64,000 bases of DNA from Luteimonas sp. (GTDB lineage: Bacteria; Pseudomonadota; Gammaproteobacteria; Xanthomonadales; Xanthomonadaceae): positions 265,071 to 329,070 of the forward strand of contig DATLJE010000009.1 in the NCBI GenBank assembly GCA_035539095.1, in the 5' to 3' direction. A program made the translations under genes and the position numbers. A model generated the notes under the pieces. That model saw only the letters and a list, made by a program, of their open reading frames with translations, made no database searches and was not told the origin of the DNA. Numbering within the stretch: position 1 is the stretch's first letter; each line of letters begins with the position of its first letter. Below, in pieces: positions 16,666 to 26,516 of the stretch.

Positions 16666-18008
16666 CACTCGCGCCTGATCCCGAGCCGGTCCAGCCGCCG
16701 GTACAGCGCCTGCCGCGACAGCCCCAGTTCGGCCGCCGCCTGCGCGAGCACGCCGTGGTGGCGTTCGAGCGCGGCCTCGATCGCCGCGCGGTCGGGCTCG
16801 TCGGGCGCGGCGGTGCCCGCCGCGGGTCCCTGCGCCGGCTGCAGGTTGAGGTCGGCCGCGCCGACCGTGTCGCCGCGCGAGAGCAGGGCGGCGCGCTGCA
16901 TGGTGTTGCGCAATTCGCGCACGTTGCCCGGCCAGGGATGCCGCAGCAGCGCGCGCTCGGCGTCCTCGCCCAGGTGCTTGCCCGCGGGCAGGAAGTGGCG
17001 CGCCAGCGGCAGGATGTCGCGCGGCCTTGCGCTGAGCGGCGGCAGCCGCACTTCGATGCCGTTGAGCCGGTAGAACAGGTCCTCGCGGAAGCGCCCCTGC
17101 GCGATCAGCGCCGGCAGGTCGGCGTTGGTGGCGCTGACCACGCGCACGCGCACGCTGCGCTCGCGGTTGCCGCCCAGGCGTTCGAAGCGGCCGGTCTCCA
17201 GCACGCGCAGCAGCTTGACCTGGCCGGCCAGCGGCAGCGTGCCGACCTCGTCGAGGAACAGCGTGCCGCCGTCGGCGGCCTCGAACTTGCCTTCGCGCGC
17301 CTTGTTGGCGCCGGTGTAGGCGCCGGCCTCGGCGCCGAACAGCTCCGCCTCCACCAGGTCGGCCGGCAGCGCGCCGCAATTGAGGGCGACCAGCGGGCCG
17401 TTGCGCACGCTGGAGTTGGCATGCAGGATCTCGGCGTATTTCTCCTTGCCCACGCCGTTGGGCCCGGTGATCAGCACCGGGATGTCGGAACGGGCGACCT
17501 GGCACGCCAACGCCAGCGTGTCCGCGCTGGCCGGGTCGGCGAACACCAGTCCGCGCAGGTCGTAGTCGCGCAGCAGGCCGTCGCGCCGGTGGCGTTCGCC
17601 GGCCTGCTGGCGCCCGAGCTCGCGCCGGGCCTCGGCGAGTTCGAGCAGGTTGTTGACCGTCGCCATCAGCTTGCGGTCGTCCCACGGCTTGGCGAGGTAG
17701 TCGGCCGCGCCCGCGCGCACCAGGTCGACCGCCGAGGCCAGGTGCGTCCACGCGGTGAGCAGGATCACCGGCAGGTCGGGATGGCGCGCGCGCAGGTCGT
17801 GGAACAGCGCGGTGCCTTCCTCGCCCGAGGTGGTGTCGGCGTGGAAGTTCATGTCCTGCACCACCAGGTCGATGTCGTGGCGCTGCAGCAGCGCCAGGCC
17901 CTCGCGCGGCGACTGCGCGGCCAGGGTGTCGATCTCGTGCAGGGAGAACAGCATCTCCAGCGCGGTGGCGACGGCCGGGTTGTCGTCGATGACGAGGATC
18001 GTGGGCAT
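16665..18008 (-). CDS. sigma-54-dependent response regulator (REC, AAA+ EBP, Fis-type HTH)
   Basis: [10 protein letters not shown] receiver, Walker [15 protein letters not shown] (GAFTGA variant), [11 protein letters not shown]-terminal HTH. Its stop overlaps the kinase ATG (ATGA). Confidence 0.92.
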   Translation of the reverse strand: MPTILVIDDNPAVATALEMLFSLHEIDTLAAQSPREGLALLQRHDIDLVVQDMNFHADTTSGEEGTALFHDLRARHPDLPVILLTAWTHLASAVDLVRAGAADYLAKPWDDRKLMATVNNLLELAEARRELGRQQAGERHRRDGLLRDYDLRGLVFADPASADTLALACQVARSDIPVLITGPNGVGKEKYAEILHANSSVRNGPLVALNCGALPADLVEAELFGAEAGAYTGANKAREGKFEAADGGTLFLDEVGTLPLAGQVKLLRVLETGRFERLGGNRERSVRVRVVSATNADLPALIAQGRFREDLFYRLNGIEVRLPPLSARPRDILPLARHFLPAGKHLGEDAERALLRHPWPGNVRELRNTMQRAALLSRGDTVGAADLNLQPAQGPAAGTAAPDEPDRAAIEAALERHHGVLAQAAAELGLSRQALYRRLDRLGIRRE

Positions 18009-18190
18009 CGGGCGGGGAGGCGAGGGAAGGAAGGCGGGGCACGGGGCGCGAACGGCCCGCGTGCCCGCTGCCACCGGATTCTACGCAACCGCGCGCGGCG
18101 CGCCGGCAGGCCGCGCCGTTCCGGCGAAGGGAGTCGGGATCGGGTGCCGCGGATGGGGGCCACGGCGTCGCCGCCGTGGCCCGCCGCGCC

Positions 18191-19423
18191 TCACACGCTG
18201 CGCGTGGCCACCGCCGGCGGCACCGCCGCCGCGCGCCGCGCCGGCCAGAACACGGAGACCTGGCCCAGCAGCCACAGCGCGACCGCGCCCACCGGCAGGT
18301 AGACCAGCGGCAGCCGCGGCAGCTCGTACTTGCCCATCAGCATCTGGTTGATCGCGTAGGCCAGCAGCATGCCCAGCACGATGCCGATGGTGGCGAGCAG
18401 GAAGTTCTCGGTCTGGAAGTAGCGCAGGATCTGCCCGCGCGTCGCCCCCAGCGCGCGGCGCACGCCGATCTGCTTGGTGCGCTGCTGCACCCAGAAGCTG
18501 GCCAGCCCGACGATGCCCAGCGCGGTCACCACCAGCAGCGCGACGATCACCGCCACCAGCAGCCACACCATCGCGCGGTCCTGGCGGTAGTACTCCGCGC
18601 GCAGCTGCTCCATCGTCTTGGTGTTGTCGGCGAGGATGATGCGGTTGGGGCCGTTCTTCTCCAGCGCCGCGACCGCGGCCTTGAGCACTTCGTCGCGGCG
18701 CTCCGGCGTGGTGCGCAGCACGTAGTTGCCGCCGACCGAATAGGCCACCTTGATCGGGAAGATCATCGAATACTCGTGCGCGGTCGGCCCGCCCTGCTCG
18801 CTCGGCCGCACCAGGTGGTCGACCACGCCGACGATGCGGATCGGGTCGTCGCCCCAGCTGTAGAACGACTTGCCCACCGCGTCCTGGCCGGGGAACAGCT
18901 TCTCGGCCATGCTGCGGGTGATGACGGTGGACGGGATCGACACCTTCGCGCCGGGCGCGTCGAGCTTCTCGAAGTCGATGAACTCGTCCGGCGAGAACCA
19001 ACGGCCGGCGACGATCTTCGGCCCCAGCGCGTCGATGAACTGCTCGTCGGCCATGTAGACCGTGGAGCTCAGCGTCGGCTGCTGCTGGTCCTTGGTCATC
19101 GTCACCGACGAGTTCCACGACGAGTTGACGAACGGCACCTGGTTGGTGACGGTGGCGGCCTTGACGCCGGGCAGCCCGCGCAGCATCGCCAGGTCGCTGT
19201 TGGTCAGCGCCGTGGCGTTGTCGTCCTCGCCGATGCCGGTGAGCTGCACGCGCACGGTCTCGTTTTCGGCGACGCCGCTGACCAGGTGCAGGCGCTCGAT
19301 GCGGTTGCCGATCAGGAACAGCGCATTGCAGACGATGGCGCAGCTGAGCGCGATCTCCAGCACGATCAGCAGCGAGGCGGTCTTGTGCCGCAGCATGGTG
19401 GACAGGATGGGGCGGATGTCCAT
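18191..19423 (-). CDS. ABC transporter permease, FtsX/MacB-type (paralogue 2)
   Basis: N-terminal TM helix, large periplasmic domain, C-terminal FtsX-type triple TM (IGVRRALGATRGQILRYF). Confidence 0.88.
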   Translation of the reverse strand: MDIRPILSTMLRHKTASLLIVLEIALSCAIVCNALFLIGNRIERLHLVSGVAENETVRVQLTGIGEDDNATALTNSDLAMLRGLPGVKAATVTNQVPFVNSSWNSSVTMTKDQQQPTLSSTVYMADEQFIDALGPKIVAGRWFSPDEFIDFEKLDAPGAKVSIPSTVITRSMAEKLFPGQDAVGKSFYSWGDDPIRIVGVVDHLVRPSEQGGPTAHEYSMIFPIKVAYSVGGNYVLRTTPERRDEVLKAAVAALEKNGPNRIILADNTKTMEQLRAEYYRQDRAMVWLLVAVIVALLVVTALGIVGLASFWVQQRTKQIGVRRALGATRGQILRYFQTENFLLATIGIVLGMLLAYAINQMLMGKYELPRLPLVYLPVGAVALWLLGQVSVFWPARRAAAVPPAVATRSV

Positions 19424-19518
19424 GTTCGTTTCTCCGGAAGTTTCGGTCCGGGCGCGGCGAGGAATCTCTTCCGCGCCGGCCGGGGATGCTTAGTCGCGAT
19501 CGGGATGGCGGGGCGTGT

Positions 19519-20847
19519 TCATTGCGACTTGAGCTGGAGCGCCGGCGTGACCTGCATCGCCTGCCACGCCGGGATCAGGCCGGCCAGCACGCTGGCGACG
19601 ATCGCGAGCGCGAAGGTGGCCAGCAGCATCATCGGGTCCAGGTGCGCCAGCTCGGCGTAGCTGGACGGCTGCTGCCGCACCGCCCACAGGCCGAGCCAGG
19701 CCAGGCCGAGGCCGAGGATGCCGCCGGCCAGGCCGACCGTGCCGGCCTCGACCAGGCACTGCGCGAAGATCGCGCGGCGCGAGGCGCCCAGCGCACGGCG
19801 CACGCCGACCTCGCCGCTGCGGCGCAGGAACTTCGCCAGCAGCAGCCCGACCGTGTTGAGCAGGCACACCAGCAGGAAGCCCAGCGCCAGCCACACCTGC
19901 AGGCGCACGTCGCCCGGCACCACCTTGTTGTAGTCCAGCCACTCCATCACGTCGCGCAGGCGCACGTTGGTGGGGCGCTGGTAGCGGCCCGCGGCGCGCT
20001 GCTGGTCGGAGTAGTTGACGAGGTAGCGCTTGTAGGCCGCCGCCTTCTCCGGGGTGTCCAGCTGCACCCAGTACTGGATCCAGACGCAGGGCGAGTTGAC
20101 GCCGGTGTTGCCTTCCGGGTCGCTGCTGTCCTTGCCGTCGTCCCAGCAGTCCATGCTGCCGTTGCGCCCCATCTTCAGGTCGCGCGAGGTGCTGAAGGGC
20201 AGGAAGACCTGCTCCAGGTCCCCGTAGCGGTCGCTGTTCATGTCGTAGAAGCGCGGCGTCGGGCGCCACTCGTCGATCACGCCGACGATGCGGAAGTCGG
20301 CCTTGTCCACGCGCAACGTCTTGCCGACGCTGTTGGCGCCGCCGAACAGCTTGTCGTTGAGCGCCTTGGCGATCACCGCGACGCGCGCGTGGCGGTCGTC
20401 CTCGGTCGCGCTCCAGCCGTTCCCGTACAGGAACGGCACGTCGAACATGGGGAAGATGTCGGCGGTGCTGTAGCGCGCGTCGGCGTAGAACGGCGTCATC
20501 CCCTGGCGGTCGGGGGTGATCGCGACGCTGCCGCCGGTCATCATCGCCTGGCGGTCGCCGCGCTTGTCGCGCAGCAGCGTCTCCGCGTCGAACCGGCCGA
20601 CCTGCTCGGCGGGCTCCTCGCCGGCGTTGTAGCCGTTCATGCTGGCCGGGTCGAGCTGCACGTAGTACAGCACGTCGCTGCGGCTGGGGATCGGGTCGCC
20701 CGACAGCACGTGGAACACGGTCAGCGTGGTCATGCTCGCGCCGATGCCCAGCGCGATCGCCAGCACCATCAGCGCGGTCAGCGCCTTGTTGCGCCGGAAG
20801 CTGCGCAGCGCCAGGTTGAGGTAGTAGCCGAACATTGTGAGCTCCAT
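19519..20847 (-). CDS. ABC transporter permease, FtsX/MacB-type (paralogue 1)
   Basis: LRSFRRNKALTALMVLAIALGIG N-terminus and VGVRRALGASRRAIFAQ FtsX motif. An alternative ATG lies 4 codons in. Confidence 0.88.
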   Translation of the reverse strand: MELTMFGYYLNLALRSFRRNKALTALMVLAIALGIGASMTTLTVFHVLSGDPIPSRSDVLYYVQLDPASMNGYNAGEEPAEQVGRFDAETLLRDKRGDRQAMMTGGSVAITPDRQGMTPFYADARYSTADIFPMFDVPFLYGNGWSATEDDRHARVAVIAKALNDKLFGGANSVGKTLRVDKADFRIVGVIDEWRPTPRFYDMNSDRYGDLEQVFLPFSTSRDLKMGRNGSMDCWDDGKDSSDPEGNTGVNSPCVWIQYWVQLDTPEKAAAYKRYLVNYSDQQRAAGRYQRPTNVRLRDVMEWLDYNKVVPGDVRLQVWLALGFLLVCLLNTVGLLLAKFLRRSGEVGVRRALGASRRAIFAQCLVEAGTVGLAGGILGLGLAWLGLWAVRQQPSSYAELAHLDPMMLLATFALAIVASVLAGLIPAWQAMQVTPALQLKSQ

Positions 20848-20992
20848 GGGGTGGGCCCTTGCCCACCGTTGCGTCGGATTGCCGTGGCCGGATTTCGAAT
20901 GTCGCGGTGTTGTCGTGGCGCCGGGGGATGGGGATCGCGAAGGCTGCGGGGATCGCGGGTAGGCGGGCCGGGCCGGCGGGCCGAGGCCCGCC

Positions 20993-21721
20993 CTACGCGG
21001 ACGCCGACGACTTCGCCGCCTGCGCCTCGCGCACCCGCGCCAGGCTCGGCTCGACCGACAGGTCGGTGGCCATGCCGTCGACGATGTGCACGTTGCGCTG
21101 CGCGCGCGCGGCCAGCTCCGGGTCGTGGGTGACCATGATGATCGTCGCGCCCTGCGAATTGATGTCCTCCAGCAGCTCCATGACGCTGCGCGCCATCTGC
21201 GAGTCGAGGTTGCCGGTGGGCTCGTCGGCGAGCAGCAGGCGCGGGCTGCCGGCGAGCGCGCGCGCGATCGCCGCGCGCTGCTGCTGGCCGCCCGAGAGCT
21301 CGGCGGGGAAGTGCTTCATGCGCGAGCCCAGCCCGACCTGGCCCAGCGCTTCCTCGATCCGCTGCTTGCGCTCGCTCGCGGCCATGCCGCGGTAGCGCAG
21401 CGGCACGTCGCAGTTGTCGAACAGGTTGAGGTCGGGGATCAGGTTGAAGCTCTGGAAGATGAAGCCGATCTTCTGGTTGCGCAGCTTGCTGCGCGCGTCG
21501 TCGTTGAGCCCCTTCACGTCCTGGCCATCGAGCGTGAACTCGCCGCCGGTGAAGGTCTCCAGCAGGCCCGCGATGTTGAGGAAGGTGGTCTTGCCCGAGC
21601 CCGACGGCCCGGTGACGGCGACGAACTCGCCTTCCTTGACGTGCAGGTCGAGCGAGCGCAGCGCGTGCGTCTCGACCAGCTCGGTGCGGTAGACCTTGGT
21701 GACCTGGCGCATGTCCAACAT
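20993..21721 (-). CDS. ABC transporter ATP-binding protein (LolD/MacB-NBD-like)
   Basis: Walker A GPSGSGKTT, signature LSGGQQQR, Walker B LLLADEPTGNLD. Confidence 0.95.
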   Translation of the reverse strand: MLDMRQVTKVYRTELVETHALRSLDLHVKEGEFVAVTGPSGSGKTTFLNIAGLLETFTGGEFTLDGQDVKGLNDDARSKLRNQKIGFIFQSFNLIPDLNLFDNCDVPLRYRGMAASERKQRIEEALGQVGLGSRMKHFPAELSGGQQQRAAIARALAGSPRLLLADEPTGNLDSQMARSVMELLEDINSQGATIIMVTHDPELAARAQRNVHIVDGMATDLSVEPSLARVREAQAAKSSASA

Positions 21722-21759
21722 GTCGGTGGTTCCTGTGTGGCGGGAGGGGTGTGGCGGCG

Positions 21760-21984
21760 TCAGCCGACGCGGAACAGCCGCGCCAGCGCGGGCACGTGCA
21801 GGTAGCCGCGCTGCAGCGCGCGTTGCGGGGCGTTGGCGCAGGCCTGGACGCCGTCGCGCAGCGCGTCGAAGTCGATCATCTGCGACAACCGCACGCGGCG
21901 CGGCACGGCGTCGGCCAGGTCCTGCGCGTTCCAGGCTTGCGGGAACTCGAAGTAGCCGGGGTTCATGTCGATGGAAGCGGGCAT
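21760..21984 (-). CDS. small cytoplasmic protein of unknown function (74 aa)
   Basis: Almost every third position is G/C. GGAGA lies 7 nt upstream. The ATG starts 1 nt after the HlyD stop. No TM helix or signal peptide. Confidence 0.6.
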   Translation of the reverse strand: MPASIDMNPGYFEFPQAWNAQDLADAVPRRVRLSQMIDFDALRDGVQACANAPQRALQRGYLHVPALARLFRVG

Positions 21985-21985
21985 G

Positions 21986-23314
21986 TCAGTCTCCGTTGAT
22001 GCGGACGCGGTCCGCGTTGCCGAACTGGTCCGTGCCCGAGACGACGATGCGGTCGCCTTCCTTCAGGCCGGACACGATTTCCACTGCGTTGAGGCTGCTG
22101 GCGCCGGCCTGGATCGGGCGGCGCGTGGCGCTGCCGTCCTCGACCACCCAGGCGACGCTGCCGCCGTCCTGCTCCAGGAACGGGCCGCGCTCGACCATCA
22201 GCACGTTCCTGCGGGTGTCGAGCACGATGCGCGCCTGCAGGCGCTGGTTCTGGCGCAGGCCCGGCGGCTGCTGGCCGTCGGCGAAGCGCAGGCGGGCGTT
22301 GACCTCGCCGTTGACCACCTCGGGCGAGACCGCCGAGACCTCGGCCTTGAAGACCTTGCCGTTGCTGCTGATCTGCGCCGGGATGCCGATGCCCAGGTCG
22401 CGCGCGAAGCTTTCCGGCACCTTGACCTCGACCTCGAACTTGCTCAGGTCCACCACGCTCATCACCGGGCCGTTGGCGACCACGCTGGTGCCCTGCGGCA
22501 CCTGCACCTGGCCGACCTGGCCGTCGAAGGGCGCGCGGATGGTCAGCGCGTCGACCTGGCGCTGCTGCTCGGCCACCACCGCCTTCTGGCGGTCGGCGAG
22601 CAGGCGCTTGTTGCGCGCGTCAAGGGTCGCACCCTCGCCCTGCAGCGCGTTGTCCTTCTTCGCGCTGGCCAGGCCGATGTCGGCCTTCTTCAGCTCGTCC
22701 TGCGCCTTGGCCAGTTCGTTCTGCGACACCGCGCCGCCCTCGTAGGCGCGCTGGTAGCGCTCCAGATCGCGTTGCGCGGCGGTGCGGTCGATCTCGGCCT
22801 GGTCCAGGGCCTTGCGCGCGGCGGCGCGGGCGAGCTGCGCGTCGAGCACCGCGCGGCTGGCCTCGGCCTCCATGCCGGCCAGGGTGGATTCCTCCTGCAC
22901 CAGCTTGCTGCGCAGCTCAGGGCTGTCGACTACCGCCAGTTCCTGGCCCTTCTTGACCACGTCGCCCGCCACCACCTTGAGCGCGACGGTGCCGGCGGCG
23001 ATCGCGTAGAGCGTCGGGCTGTTGGCGGCGATCACGCGGCCGTCGGCCGACAGGTCGCGCACCAGGTCGCCGCGCTTGACCTCGGCGATGCGCACCCGGC
23101 TGGCGTCGAACGAGCGCCCGCCCGACGTCCAGCCGGCCACCACCCACGCCAGCAGCGCCAGCACGACCGCGCCGGCGGCGCCGCCGATGATCCAGGACTT
23201 GCGCAGGCGGGGGGCGGTGCGGGTGGGGGAAACGACGTGGTCCTGCGCGGAGGTGTCCCGGATGCGGGCGCGGGGGTGGTTGTCCATGCGGCTTTGGATG
23301 TCCGAAACGTTCAT
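21986..23314 (-). CDS. HlyD/MacA-family periplasmic adaptor (membrane fusion protein)
   Basis: TM anchor WIIGGAAGAVVLALLAWVV, barrel-sandwich and coiled-coil hairpin, IRAPFDGQV motif. Start is 23314 or 23287, given the promoter position. Confidence 0.88.
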   Translation of the reverse strand: MNVSDIQSRMDNHPRARIRDTSAQDHVVSPTRTAPRLRKSWIIGGAAGAVVLALLAWVVAGWTSGGRSFDASRVRIAEVKRGDLVRDLSADGRVIAANSPTLYAIAAGTVALKVVAGDVVKKGQELAVVDSPELRSKLVQEESTLAGMEAEASRAVLDAQLARAAARKALDQAEIDRTAAQRDLERYQRAYEGGAVSQNELAKAQDELKKADIGLASAKKDNALQGEGATLDARNKRLLADRQKAVVAEQQRQVDALTIRAPFDGQVGQVQVPQGTSVVANGPVMSVVDLSKFEVEVKVPESFARDLGIGIPAQISSNGKVFKAEVSAVSPEVVNGEVNARLRFADGQQPPGLRQNQRLQARIVLDTRRNVLMVERGPFLEQDGGSVAWVVEDGSATRRPIQAGASSLNAVEIVSGLKEGDRIVVSGTDQFGNADRVRINGD

Positions 23315-23327
23315 ATGGTTGCAATGC

Positions 23328-23342
23328 GCAACATGCGTGCCA
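23328..23342 (-). promoter_or_regulatory. sigma-54 (-24/-12) promoter TGGCAC-GCATG-TTGC
   Basis: The reverse complement of 23328-23342 reads TGGCACGCATGTTGC, which matches the consensus TGGCAC-N5-TTGC. It lies directly upstream of the adaptor gene. Confidence 0.8.
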
Positions 23343-23384
23343 GACGCAAGCGCTTGATTCGCATGGCTGTCTGGGGCCGCGGAC

Positions 23385-23422
23385 GGTGTCCGCCCGGACA
23401 CCCGGGGCGTCCGGGCGGACGC
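23385..23422. promoter_or_regulatory. two adjacent palindromes, candidate enhancer (UAS) for the sigma-54 activator
   Basis: ggtgtccg-cc-cggacacc (23385-23402) and gcgtccg-gg-cggacgc (23407-23422), 45-80 bp upstream of the -24 element. Confidence 0.4.
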
Positions 23423-23447
23423 TTTTCCCCGTCTTTCGCGTATCCGT

Positions 23448-23514
23448 GTAGGAGCGCCCCTTGGGCGCGATGGCTTTCCACGCGAAAGCCATCGCGCCCA
23501 AGGGGCGCTCCTAC
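23448..23514. repeat. REP-like perfect palindrome (31-bp arms, gtaggagcgcccc...ggggcgctcctac)
   Basis: Arms are exact reverse complements around a 5-nt loop. Located in the divergent adaptor/glmS spacer. Confidence 0.85.
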
Positions 23515-23594
23515 GCGGACCGTCGCGACCGCGCCGGGGCATCACCCCGCGACCGCTTACAATCGCCCTCCACCAGCAGGAGTTCCCTCCCCTC

Positions 23595-25424
23595 ATGTGC
23601 GGCATCGTCGGCGCGATCGCGGATCGCGATGTGGTCCCCGTCCTGATCGAAGGCCTCAAGCGGCTCGAATACCGCGGCTACGATTCCGCCGGCATCGCCG
23701 TCGTCGACGACCGCCAGGTGCGCCGCGTGCGCCGCACCGGCCGCGTCTCCGAGATGGAGGCCGCGGCCGGCGCCGAAGGCTTCCGCGCGGACCTGGGCAT
23801 CGGCCATACCCGCTGGGCCACCCACGGCGGCGTCACCGAGGGCAACGCCCACCCGCACGTCAGCCACGGCGTGGCGCTGGTGCACAACGGCATCATCGAG
23901 AACCACGAGCAGCAGCGCGAGCGCCTGCAGGCGCTGGGCTACGCGTTCGAGTCGCAGACCGACACCGAGGTCATCGCCCACCTGATCCACCACTACCTCA
24001 AGCAGGGCAACGACCTGCTCGCCGCCCTGCAGCGCGCGGTGAAGGAGCTGCACGGCGCCTACGCGCTGGCCGTGGTCAGCCGCGGCGAGCCCGACCGCAT
24101 GGTCTGCGCGCGCATGGGCTGCCCGCTGCTCGTGGGCCTGGGCGAGGGCGAGAACTTCATCGCCTCGGACGTTTCGGCGATCGTGCAGGCCACGCGGCGC
24201 GTGATCTTCCTCGAGGAAGGCGATACCGCCGAGGTCACCCGCGACGCGGTGCGCGTGTTCGACGCCGCCGACGCGCCGGTCGAGCGCGAGGTGCACGTCT
24301 CCGACGTCTCGCTGGCCTCGCTCGAGCTCGGCCCCTACCGCCACTTCATGCAGAAGGAGATCCACGAGCAGCCGCGCGCGATCGGCGACACCATCGAGGC
24401 GGTGATGGACCAGGGCGCGTTCGGCGCCGCGCTGTTCGGCGCGGGCGCGGAGGACGTCCTGCGCGACGTCGACGGCGTGCAGGTCCTGGCCTGCGGCACC
24501 AGCTTCTACGCTGGCAGCGTGGCGCGTTACTGGATCGAGGCGATCAGCGGCCTGCCGTGCAGCGTCGAGATCGCCAGCGAGTACCGCTATCGCACCGCGG
24601 TGGCCAATCCCCGGCATCTCATCGTCACCATCTCGCAGTCGGGCGAAACGCTCGACACCATGGAGGCGCTCAAGTACGCCAGGTCACTGGGGCACGACAA
24701 GACGCTGTCGATCTGCAACGTGCCCGAAAGCGCGATCCCGCGCGCCAGCCGGCTGGTGCTCTACACCCGCGCCGGCGCCGAGATCGGCGTCGCCTCCACC
24801 AAAGCCTTCACCACCCAGCTGGTGGCGCTGTTCACGCTCGCCGCCACGCTGGCCAAGCTGCAGGGCCGGCTGCCGGAAGAGAAAGAAGCGGCCTACATCG
24901 AGGCGCTGCGCCACCTGCCCGGCAGCGTGCAGCACGCGCTCAACCTCGAGCCGCAGATCGCCACCTGGGCCGAGCGCTTCGCGCCCAAGCAGCACGCGCT
25001 GTTCCTCGGCCGTGGCGTGCACTACCCCATTGCGCTCGAAGGCGCATTGAAGCTCAAGGAAATCTCCTACATCCACGCCGAGGCGTATCCCGCCGGCGAG
25101 CTCAAGCACGGCCCGCTGGCGCTGGTCGACGCCGACATGCCGGTGGTGGTGATCGCGCCCAACGACAACCTGCTGGAGAAGGTGAAGTCGAACATGCAGG
25201 AAGTCCGCGCCCGCGGCGGCCAGCTGTTCGTGTTCACCGACGCCGACAGCAACTTCAGCGAGTCCGAAGGCGTGCACGTGATCCGCACCCCGCGCCACGT
25301 CGGCGTGCTCAGCCCGATCGTGCACACCATCCCGGTGCAGCTGCTGGCCTACCACGCCGCGCTCGCGCGCGGGACGGACGTGGACAAGCCGCGCAACCTG
25401 GCGAAGTCGGTGACAGTGGAGTAG
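23595..25424 (+). CDS. glmS: glutamine--fructose-6-phosphate aminotransferase
   Basis: MCGIVGA N-terminal nucleophile, two SIS domains, C-terminal [12 protein letters not shown]. Confidence 0.97.
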   Translation: MCGIVGAIADRDVVPVLIEGLKRLEYRGYDSAGIAVVDDRQVRRVRRTGRVSEMEAAAGAEGFRADLGIGHTRWATHGGVTEGNAHPHVSHGVALVHNGIIENHEQQRERLQALGYAFESQTDTEVIAHLIHHYLKQGNDLLAALQRAVKELHGAYALAVVSRGEPDRMVCARMGCPLLVGLGEGENFIASDVSAIVQATRRVIFLEEGDTAEVTRDAVRVFDAADAPVEREVHVSDVSLASLELGPYRHFMQKEIHEQPRAIGDTIEAVMDQGAFGAALFGAGAEDVLRDVDGVQVLACGTSFYAGSVARYWIEAISGLPCSVEIASEYRYRTAVANPRHLIVTISQSGETLDTMEALKYARSLGHDKTLSICNVPESAIPRASRLVLYTRAGAEIGVASTKAFTTQLVALFTLAATLAKLQGRLPEEKEAAYIEALRHLPGSVQHALNLEPQIATWAERFAPKQHALFLGRGVHYPIALEGALKLKEISYIHAEAYPAGELKHGPLALVDADMPVVVIAPNDNLLEKVKSNMQEVRARGGQLFVFTDADSNFSESEGVHVIRTPRHVGVLSPIVHTIPVQLLAYHAALARGTDVDKPRNLAKSVTVE

Positions 25425-25455
25425 ACGTCGGAGACATCAGATACCCGTAGCTTCA

Positions 25456-26289
25456 CTAGATCGCACGCGCGCAGCTTGGAGTCGGAAACTCATTGACCTT
25501 GCGCAGGATGCTGTCGACCACTCGCTCCGGCATGAAGCGACGGAGGGAGCGGACCTGGCGCGATTGCTTTCCCGCCGAATAGCGCAGCTTCGGCTTGCGG
25601 TCCGTCGCCGCCTCGAGCACTGCGTCGGCGACGACCTGCGGCGGATCCCCCGCCTCGACCCACCTGCGCATCATGTTTTCACTGCGCGCGCGCTCGGCGG
25701 CGTAGTCCGGTAAAGGCTGGTCCGCACGCGTCAAGTTTTCTTCGAAGGCGGTGCGGGTCACGCCAGGTTCGATCAGCAGCACGCGGATGCCGAAGGATCG
25801 GACTTCGTGATCGAGCGATTCCGTATAGCCTTCGACGGCATGCTTAGTCGACGCGTAGAACGCGTTGTACGGCGACGGGATCAGGCCGAGTATCGAGCTC
25901 ATGTTGATGATCCGGCCGCGCTTCTGGCTGCGCATGATCGGCAGCACGGCATTGACGACGCTCGCGAGCCCGAACACGTTGACGTCGAACAGGCGCCGGA
26001 CCTGAGCGATGGAAGATTCTTCCGCGCCGCCGAGCAGCCCGATGCCGGCGTTGTTGACGACCAGGTCGATCCGGCCCGCCAGCTCCATGACTTCATTGAT
26101 CAACGTCCGCACGGAAGCTTCGTCCGTCACGTCGCACACCAGCATCGTCACGCCTTGCGAACTCGCCACCGGCCTGCGGCTGGTGCCGAACACGCGATAA
26201 CCCGCCTTCGCCAGCGTTTGCGCTGTTACGAGGCCGATGCCTGAAGAAGCGCCTGTCACCAACGCGACGACTTCGTTTCGTCTGGTCAT
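25456..26289 (-). CDS. SDR-family oxidoreductase
   Basis: ATG at 26289. TGASSGIG cofactor motif, NNAG, YxxxK (YASTKHAVEGY). Visibly less GC-rich than its neighbours. Confidence 0.88.
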   Translation of the reverse strand: MTRRNEVVALVTGASSGIGLVTAQTLAKAGYRVFGTSRRPVASSQGVTMLVCDVTDEASVRTLINEVMELAGRIDLVVNNAGIGLLGGAEESSIAQVRRLFDVNVFGLASVVNAVLPIMRSQKRGRIINMSSILGLIPSPYNAFYASTKHAVEGYTESLDHEVRSFGIRVLLIEPGVTRTAFEENLTRADQPLPDYAAERARSENMMRRWVEAGDPPQVVADAVLEAATDRKPKLRYSAGKQSRQVRSLRRFMPERVVDSILRKVNEFPTPSCARAI

Positions 26290-26423
26290 TTCGTCAGCCC
26301 TCGAAAGCGGACCCTTGAGGACCGATCCGGCGATAGGCGTATCGGGTGGATCCGACAAATAGGCGGCGGTGGCTTTCACGGTTGGCTTGTCCTGGGCGGC
26401 CGTTTGCCACCCCTGAACCTAAT

Positions 26424-26473
26424 GATGATGATCATAATCTTAAATGTCAAGAGTTTGATTATGACCGTCATCA
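26424..26473. promoter_or_regulatory. AT-rich imperfect inverted repeat, candidate TetR operator
   Basis: tgatgatcataatc ... gattatgaccgtcatca in the divergent SDR/TetR spacer. Confidence 0.4.
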
Positions 26474-26516
26474 ATGCGAGGATTGAGTCCGTTTTTCCCG
26501 CATAGGAGGCCTCCTA

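Noticed and set aside
23595-23700. A glmS ribozyme upstream of or within the glmS 5' region.
   Set aside because: The ribozyme is a Gram-positive feature. The 80-nt leader here is mostly occupied by a REP palindrome, and no conserved ribozyme core was seen.
25425-25460. A Tn7-like insertion at the glmS 3' flank.
   Set aside because: There are no tnsABCD-like genes, no transposase of any kind, and no recognisable Tn7 end repeats downstream of glmS. Only the compositional islet is reported.
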